Source of the DNA: an uncultured Gammaproteobacteria bacterium
GTDB taxonomy: Bacteria > Patescibacteriota > Patescibacteriia > SG8-24 > DYFX01
Direction: 5' to 3'
DNA length: 59,815 nucleotides
Assembly (NCBI GenBank): GCA_964532415.1
Contig: CAZHHN010000004.1
Span: 1 to 59,815, forward strand
Numbering within the stretch: position 1 is the stretch's first letter; each line of letters starts with the position of its first letter. The notes under the pieces are model-generated. The model saw only the letters and a program-made list of their open reading frames with translations, searched no databases and was not told where the DNA came from. Positions 55,256 to 59,815 of this stretch are shown piece after piece. The translations under genes were made by a program, and so were the position numbers.

Positions 55256-57286
55256 TCATTCCAAATGCGCTGCCTCGGCTTCGGCCGAGATTTTTTTTCT
55301 CAGAAACAGGTGCGCGGAGAGATCCGGATCGGAGCTGAGCAGCGCCTGCGCGGCGACTTTGGTTTCTTCAATCAGGCCCGTATCGCCCGGACGGAAACGC
55401 CGGAGTTCGGCGAAACCAGACTGTTCTGCGCCGAACAGGCTGCCGGGACCGCGGAAACGCAGGTCGAGTTCCGAGAGCTCGAAACAGTCGCGCGCCCGGA
55501 TGAACTCCCGCAGCCGTCCGACGGCCTGAGGCGCGGCGTGCGAAGGCGCAAGGTAGCAGCGCGCCGGGAGCGCGCTCCGGCCGACCCGGCCGCGCAGCTG
55601 GTGCAATTGTGCCAGACCGAAACGTTCGGCGCCTTCGATGACCATGACGGTGGCTGCCGGCACGTCAACGCCGACCTCGATGACCGTCGTCGAAACGAGC
55701 AGATGCAAATTCCCGTGCGCGAAACGTTCCATCACGGCGCGTTTTTCCTGCGCTTTCATCCGGCCATGCAGCAGGCCGATCTCCAAGCCGGGCAATTCGG
55801 CCCGCAGGCGACCGGCTTCCTCTTCCGCCGACTTCACGCCGAGCGCGTCGGACGCCTCGATCAACGGACAGACGACGAACGTCTTGCGTTCCGCTTCGGC
55901 TTCCCGACGGACGTGCGCGAGCATCTCGCGGCGATCCGCTTCATGCATCAGTAGGCGCGTTTCGACCGGGCGGCGGCCGGGCGGCAATTCCCGGAGCGCC
56001 GAGAAATCGACATCGCCGTAAAGCGCCAACGCCAGCGAGCGCGGAATCGGTGTGGCGGTCATCGAAAGGAAGTGCGGGATCTCCCCCGCTCCGTCGGACG
56101 GCAGCCCGGCCAGCAGGTTCTGGCGCTGCGAGACGCCGAAGCGGTGCTGCTCGTCGACCACCACGAGCGCGACATGCCTCGGCGCGAAACCGCGCGAAAG
56201 CAGCGCATGCGTGCCCACGACGATCGCGGCGCCCTGATGATCGTCCTTGCGCGAGGCGGTCCGGAGCGCGGCTCGAAAGGGCGTGCCGGAGAGCAGCTTT
56301 GAAACGGTGGCGTGGTGCTGCTCGGCCAGAATCTCGGTCGGCGCCATCAGCAAACTGCGGTAGCCGGAGAGTGCGCAGGCATGCATGGCCATGGCGGCCA
56401 CGACCGTCTTGCCGCTGCCGACATCGCCCTCGACCAGCCGCTGCATCGGCCGGCCCGCTCCCAAATCCTGCAGGATGCGCCAGGCGACGCGCTTTTGGTC
56501 GCCGGTCAGCGCGAACGGCAGGGCCGCCACGAACGCGCGGGTTGCAGCTTCATCGAACGGGATCGCCACCGCACGCCTGCGATCGAGCGACCGGCGTGCC
56601 CAGGCGCCCCGTAGATGGAAGAAAAATAATTCCTCGAACCGGAAGCGCCGGTCGGCCGCTTCGGCCGCTTCCATCGTTTCGGGAAAGTGGATGGCACGCA
56701 GGGCATCGCCGATCTTCGGCAGGTTGTGCGTTTCCCGCACCGACGGCGGCAGCGTCTCTTCCATTCCATCGGCGGCCGGCAGCGCCGCATGCAAAACGGC
56801 GCGCAGCTGTTTGGGCGTCAGATCGCCGGAAACGGAATAGACCGGCACCAGGCGTCCCGTATGGACCGACGAAGCCGTTCCTTCCATCTCATAAACGGGA
56901 TTGAGTATCTCGAGGCCCCACGGCGTGGTCTCGAGCTTGCCGGAGAGCCGTACCCGAACGCCGGGCTTCAGCACCTTCGCGATGTAGGGCTGCCGGAACC
57001 AGACGATTTTGGCCGTGCCGGTTTCATCGGACACGGTTGCCTCGGTCAGCAGCATATTGCGCTTGGCGGAACGGCGCGTACGGATCAGGTCAATGCGGAC
57101 CGAAACCGTGATGGTCCCTTCGGAAGGCCCGGACAGCGAGGCGGTACGGCTCAGGTCCTCATATCGAAACGGCAGATGCCGGAGCAAATCTCCGGCGATC
57201 GCGAATCCCATTCCCTTCAGTCGTTTGGCCAGCCGGGCACCCAGAAAACCCAGGTCGGCAACAGGCGTTTCCGGAGAAATTCCCAT
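55256..57286 (-). CDS. recG: ATP-dependent DNA helicase RecG
   Basis: Start moved to MGISPETPVADLGFLG, because the longer ORF overlaps tRNA-Arg. LLRHLPFRYEDLS wedge region and VVDEQHRFGV. Confidence 0.9.
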   Translation of the reverse strand: MGISPETPVADLGFLGARLAKRLKGMGFAIAGDLLRHLPFRYEDLSRTASLSGPSEGTITVSVRIDLIRTRRSAKRNMLLTEATVSDETGTAKIVWFRQPYIAKVLKPGVRVRLSGKLETTPWGLEILNPVYEMEGTASSVHTGRLVPVYSVSGDLTPKQLRAVLHAALPAADGMEETLPPSVRETHNLPKIGDALRAIHFPETMEAAEAADRRFRFEELFFFHLRGAWARRSLDRRRAVAIPFDEAATRAFVAALPFALTGDQKRVAWRILQDLGAGRPMQRLVEGDVGSGKTVVAAMAMHACALSGYRSLLMAPTEILAEQHHATVSKLLSGTPFRAALRTASRKDDHQGAAIVVGTHALLSRGFAPRHVALVVVDEQHRFGVSQRQNLLAGLPSDGAGEIPHFLSMTATPIPRSLALALYGDVDFSALRELPPGRRPVETRLLMHEADRREMLAHVRREAEAERKTFVVCPLIEASDALGVKSAEEEAGRLRAELPGLEIGLLHGRMKAQEKRAVMERFAHGNLHLLVSTTVIEVGVDVPAATVMVIEGAERFGLAQLHQLRGRVGRSALPARCYLAPSHAAPQAVGRLREFIRARDCFELSELDLRFRGPGSLFGAEQSGFAELRRFRPGDTGLIEETKVAAQALLSSDPDLSAHLFLRKKISAEAEAAHLE

Positions 57287-57309
57287 AGCAGGAGCAGTAT
57301 AGCAGAGGA

Positions 57310-57338
57310 TTGACAGCCGGGAGGCTTTCCGGTATCCT
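57310..57338 (+). promoter_or_regulatory. Sigma70-like promoter upstream of tRNA-Arg
   Basis: TTGACA (57310-57315), a 17-nt spacer, then TATCCT (57333-57338). Confidence 0.4.
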
Positions 57339-57425
57339 GAACCTGTTCCGCCCGTTTCTGTATCACGAGCGAAGCGAGTGAAGAGGAGCGGCGGGTGCGC
57401 GCAAGCGCATCCGGCAAGCGACAAG

Positions 57426-57502
57426 GAGCCCATAGCTCAGCTGGATAGAGCGCAACCCTGCGGAGGTTGAGGCCGGACGTTCGAATCGTCCTGGGCTCAC
57501 CA
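57426..57502 (+). tRNA. tRNA-Arg, anticodon GCG by hand fold
   Basis: 77 nt. Acceptor GAGCCCA/TGGGCTC, D-arm GCTC-AGCTGGATA-GAGC, anticodon arm CAACC-CTGCGGA-GGTTG, T-arm GGACG-TTCGAAT-CGTCC, A73, encoded CCA. Confidence 0.85.
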
Positions 57503-57505
57503 TGG

Positions 57506-57532
57506 AAAAACCGGCCCATCAGGCCGGTTTTT
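57506..57532. terminator. Bidirectional intrinsic terminator
   Basis: AAAAACCGGCC-CATCA-GGCCGGTTTTT. Confidence 0.65.
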
Positions 57533-58038
57533 CAGAGCTTGAGGACGCGACCGAGCAGGTCGGCCAACGACTCCTGTTCCTGGTTCGGTTCTTCGCGCAG
57601 GAAGCTCAGGAGCGAAGCGCGGATCTCGACGGGATCCTGCTCTTCGAGCGAGATCTTGAGATGCGGGGTGATCGGATTGCGGAAGTCGATGTAGAGATTC
57701 TTCAGATGCGGAGGTTCGTAAAGGATCCAGAAGCTTTTCAAATCCTTATAGGGAAGGAATTCGCGTCCGAGACCCACGCCGCGCGTGGTCATCTGAAAGA
57801 GGACGCGCCGGGGCTCGCGCAGCGTCGAAAGGCCGATGATCACCCCGGCCATGATAATGATCACGGCGAACAGGAAGTTCTGCGTGATCATGGCATAGAG
57901 GATCAGGCTCACGCCGACGACAAAGGCGATCGCGTACCACACGGGCCCGCGCTCATGCCGTTCATATTCGTCGACCGTCCAGCTGAAGATCGGTTCGCCC
58001 TGATAGGTCAGGGCCTGGCGCTGCTCCTCTTCGGTCAT
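57532..58038 (-). CDS. Hypothetical two-TM membrane protein
   Basis: Start at MTEEEQRQ. TM pair (VWYAIAFVVGVSLILYAMI, FLFAVIIIMAGVIIGL). No domain recognised. Confidence 0.6.
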   Translation of the reverse strand: MTEEEQRQALTYQGEPIFSWTVDEYERHERGPVWYAIAFVVGVSLILYAMITQNFLFAVIIIMAGVIIGLSTLREPRRVLFQMTTRGVGLGREFLPYKDLKSFWILYEPPHLKNLYIDFRNPITPHLKISLEEQDPVEIRASLLSFLREEPNQEQESLADLLGRVLKL

Positions 58039-58058
58039 ACAGGGCGAGTATAACACGC

Positions 58059-58087
58059 TTTACAGCTGCCCGGAAATGGCTTAGGAT
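58059..58087 (+). promoter_or_regulatory. Sigma70-like promoter upstream of tRNA-Ser
   Basis: TTTACA (58059-58064), a 17-nt spacer, then TAGGAT (58082-58087). Confidence 0.45.
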
Positions 58088-58201
58088 GGGGCTGGCATGA
58101 AGGTTTGGAATGCGGGCGTAGCAAGCAAGCGGAGCGGCGCCCGCGCACCGGTGAAGGCAGGCTTGGCCTGTCTGAACGTCAGCGCGGGCGGAAAGCGACG
58201 A

Positions 58202-58290
58202 GGAGGGTTGCGCCGAATGGTAAGGCAGCAGTTTGCTAAACTGCGACCGGGCAACTGGTCTTGTGGGTTCGATCCCCACACCCTCCGCCA
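58202..58290 (+). tRNA. tRNA-Ser, anticodon GCU by hand fold (class II, long variable arm)
   Basis: 89 nt. Acceptor GGAGGGT/ACCCTCC, D-arm GCC-GAATGGTAA-GGC, anticodon arm GCAGT-TTGCTAA-ACTGC, variable arm GACC...GGTC, T-arm GTGGG-TTCGATC-CCCAC, G73, CCA. The junction between acceptor and D stem has one more nucleotide than I expected. Confidence 0.8.
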
Positions 58291-58365
58291 GACAAGACAC
58301 ATCACGCGAGTGGTGTGTTTTGCTTTGTAACGAAAGGGTAAAAAAGAATCGGACGGAAAGAGTTT

Positions 58366-59475
58366 TTAAAGTGCTTTCGGCCGGATTTCTCCGGCGCTGT
58401 CCGCCGGCTGTCCAAACCGCTTCATTTCACGTTGCTCTGCGGCAAGAAGCAGCGCTACGAAGCTTTGGTGTGCTGCCGGGGTCAGGTGCGCGTATCGGGC
58501 CGTCATCTGCGGTGTCGAATGCCCTAAGAGGTCTTGGATGGCCCTCATTGGCGCTCCCTCGGTGGCCAGTTGCGAGGCGAACGTGTGTCGGAGCGCGTGC
58601 CAGCCAAGCGGCCGGAGGCCCACCCGCTTGCAGTGCCGGAGGATGGCGTTTCTTGCGGTGTTTTGCGCCAGCGGCTTGCCGTCGTGGCGTGGGAACACCA
58701 GCCCTTCTTTCTTGCGGCGATAGGCCAAGGCGGCGCACACTTCATCGGTAATCGAAACGACCCGCGTGCGATTGTTCTTCGGAGAGCCGACGTGACCTTT
58801 GACGATGGATTGCCGAACGATGATCAAGCGGCGGTCGAAATCGATTGCCGACCAATCGAGGCCGATCAATTCGCCAAGCCGCATACCCGTACGAAGCGCG
58901 ACCAGCAGCATTTCGTGCCATTTCGGCTCTTCCTTGTCTTGCAGAAGTAACGCGCTCTCGTACGAAGTCAGGAAGTCGAAACGCTGGGGCGGCACGCGCA
59001 GCATTCTGATGCGCGGAACAGTTGCGATCAATCCCCACTCCTGAGCATCACGCAAGCATTTAGAGATGATGCACAGATGGTTGTTGATCGTTTTAGGCGA
59101 CAGGGCGGTTTTCTGCTTTGCAGCCTTGTATTCCTCGATTTGGGCCGTCGTGATTTTCTCCAGCGGATAATCGCCGAAGACCGGCAGCAAGTGAATGCGG
59201 ATACTGCTTGATTTCGATCTCTGTTCGGACGGCTTATTGTTGGTGACAACGTACGTCGTGAACCAACGCGCCACAAAGTCTTTGAAGAGACAGACCGGGG
59301 CTTTTTCCACGGGCTTGGGCGGTTCCAGCGATTCGCCGCGCGCGAGCTTGTACCGGATCAGTGCCTCGTATGCCAAAGCGCCAGCCCGGCTGTTCTCAGG
59401 ACTTCTCTTTCGGTAGCGGACGCCCGCATGGCGGACACTGACCCACCAGCTTTTACGATTCTTGCCTACTCCCAT
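58366..59475 (-). CDS. int: Tyrosine-type site-specific integrase
   Basis: RTGMRLGEL, HALRHTFAS and LLGHSTPQMTARYAH catalytic motifs. Start probably at MGVGKNRKSWWV (59475); the ORF is open to 59532. Confidence 0.85.
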   Translation of the reverse strand: MGVGKNRKSWWVSVRHAGVRYRKRSPENSRAGALAYEALIRYKLARGESLEPPKPVEKAPVCLFKDFVARWFTTYVVTNNKPSEQRSKSSSIRIHLLPVFGDYPLEKITTAQIEEYKAAKQKTALSPKTINNHLCIISKCLRDAQEWGLIATVPRIRMLRVPPQRFDFLTSYESALLLQDKEEPKWHEMLLVALRTGMRLGELIGLDWSAIDFDRRLIIVRQSIVKGHVGSPKNNRTRVVSITDEVCAALAYRRKKEGLVFPRHDGKPLAQNTARNAILRHCKRVGLRPLGWHALRHTFASQLATEGAPMRAIQDLLGHSTPQMTARYAHLTPAAHQSFVALLLAAEQREMKRFGQPADSAGEIRPKAL

Positions 59476-59686
59476 AATCCGTTGTTCCCGATTCGACCCG
59501 ACAACCCCGGAGGTAGGTTTGAACGTCCTCACGATGGAAGCGGAGACCCCTAGGGAGCCGATGAAAAGCGATTTGTCGCCTTTCGATCAGCCGATAGACG
59601 CTGGCTTTGGAAAGCCGAAGCAAGGCCGCCAATTCATCGACGGTGAGGAATTCGTGCCCCGGATTGTTCGGGAACGAATCGGACAT
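59453..59686 (-). CDS. xis: Excisionase/AlpA-type helix-turn-helix DNA-binding protein
   Basis: 77 aa. LTVDELAALLRLSKASVYRLIERRQIAFHRL is an HTH_17/MerR-like excisionase motif. It overlaps the integrase start. Confidence 0.75.
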   Translation of the reverse strand: MSDSFPNNPGHEFLTVDELAALLRLSKASVYRLIERRQIAFHRLPRGLRFHREDVQTYLRGCRVESGTTDYGSRQES

Positions 59687-59815
59687 ATTCAGTTGTTAAG
59701 GAACAACGGCCGGTGAAGGATTATCCGAATCCCCCATCGTGGACGCGGGCACAATAACACTTGGTTCAAGACTAGGACAGCTCGCCCGAGGAGCTATACT
59801 AGCCTTGTATGGCCG

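Larger units (their letters stand above)
58291..59815. mobile_element. Left end of a putative tRNA-Ser-associated integrative element (continues beyond the window)
   Basis: A tyrosine integrase and an excisionase-type HTH gene lie immediately 3' of the tRNA. GC falls (38% in the 58321-58380 line). Confidence 0.5.

Noticed and set aside
57287-57433. Upstream extension of the recG ORF.
   Set aside because: It overlaps the 5' end of tRNA-Arg on the other strand and the predicted promoter. The conserved RecG N-terminus begins at the internal ATG (57286).

Overview
A 59.8-kb high-GC bacterial chromosome segment; sampled lines are about 63% GC. It uses the standard code, with TGA serving as a stop. 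About 60 protein genes lie in three strand blocks: plus 1-8244, minus 8495-42242, plus 42268-54963, then mostly minus. The content is mainly housekeeping: rplA (3' part), a dCMP deaminase/kinase/dut/thyX/tmk cluster, gatB, miaA, thrS, dnaE, recQ, hup, pheS/pheT, rseP, murI, a phosphohexomutase, lemA, htpX, clpC, radA and recG. The ThyX, a DUF5679-like zinc ribbon, a T4SS-pilin-like protein and many orphan membrane proteins suggest a Patescibacteria/CPR-like organism. That placement rests on recollection only and was not verified.

I fold two canonical tRNAs by hand: Arg with anticodon GCG, and Ser with anticodon GCU. No rRNA, CRISPR array or transposase was seen.

The pieces most worth follow-up are:
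- (1) A roughly 1.15-kb AT-rich cassette (28-37% GC in sampled lines) sits directly upstream of dnaE. It encodes an HNH nuclease with an unrecognised C-terminal domain, plus a 46-aa zinc-ribbon-like mini-ORF.
- (2) A 72-nt tRNA-like gene has a perfect T-arm, a 7-bp acceptor helix with G3:U70, A73 and an encoded CCA. It has no canonical anticodon arm.
- (3) An orphan structured small-RNA gene at 8283-8407 (minus) has its own promoter and terminator.
- (4) A 755-aa protein carries two GGDEF/Palm-like domains.
- (5) An integrase/excisionase pair abuts the 3' end of tRNA-Ser. This looks like the left edge of an integrative element that runs off the window.
- (6) Two unusual operon architectures occur: pheS and pheT split by two inserted genes, and a GST/ABC/ABC/alkyltransferase-like operon.

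All calls come from reading the translations and hand-folding. No database search was possible.
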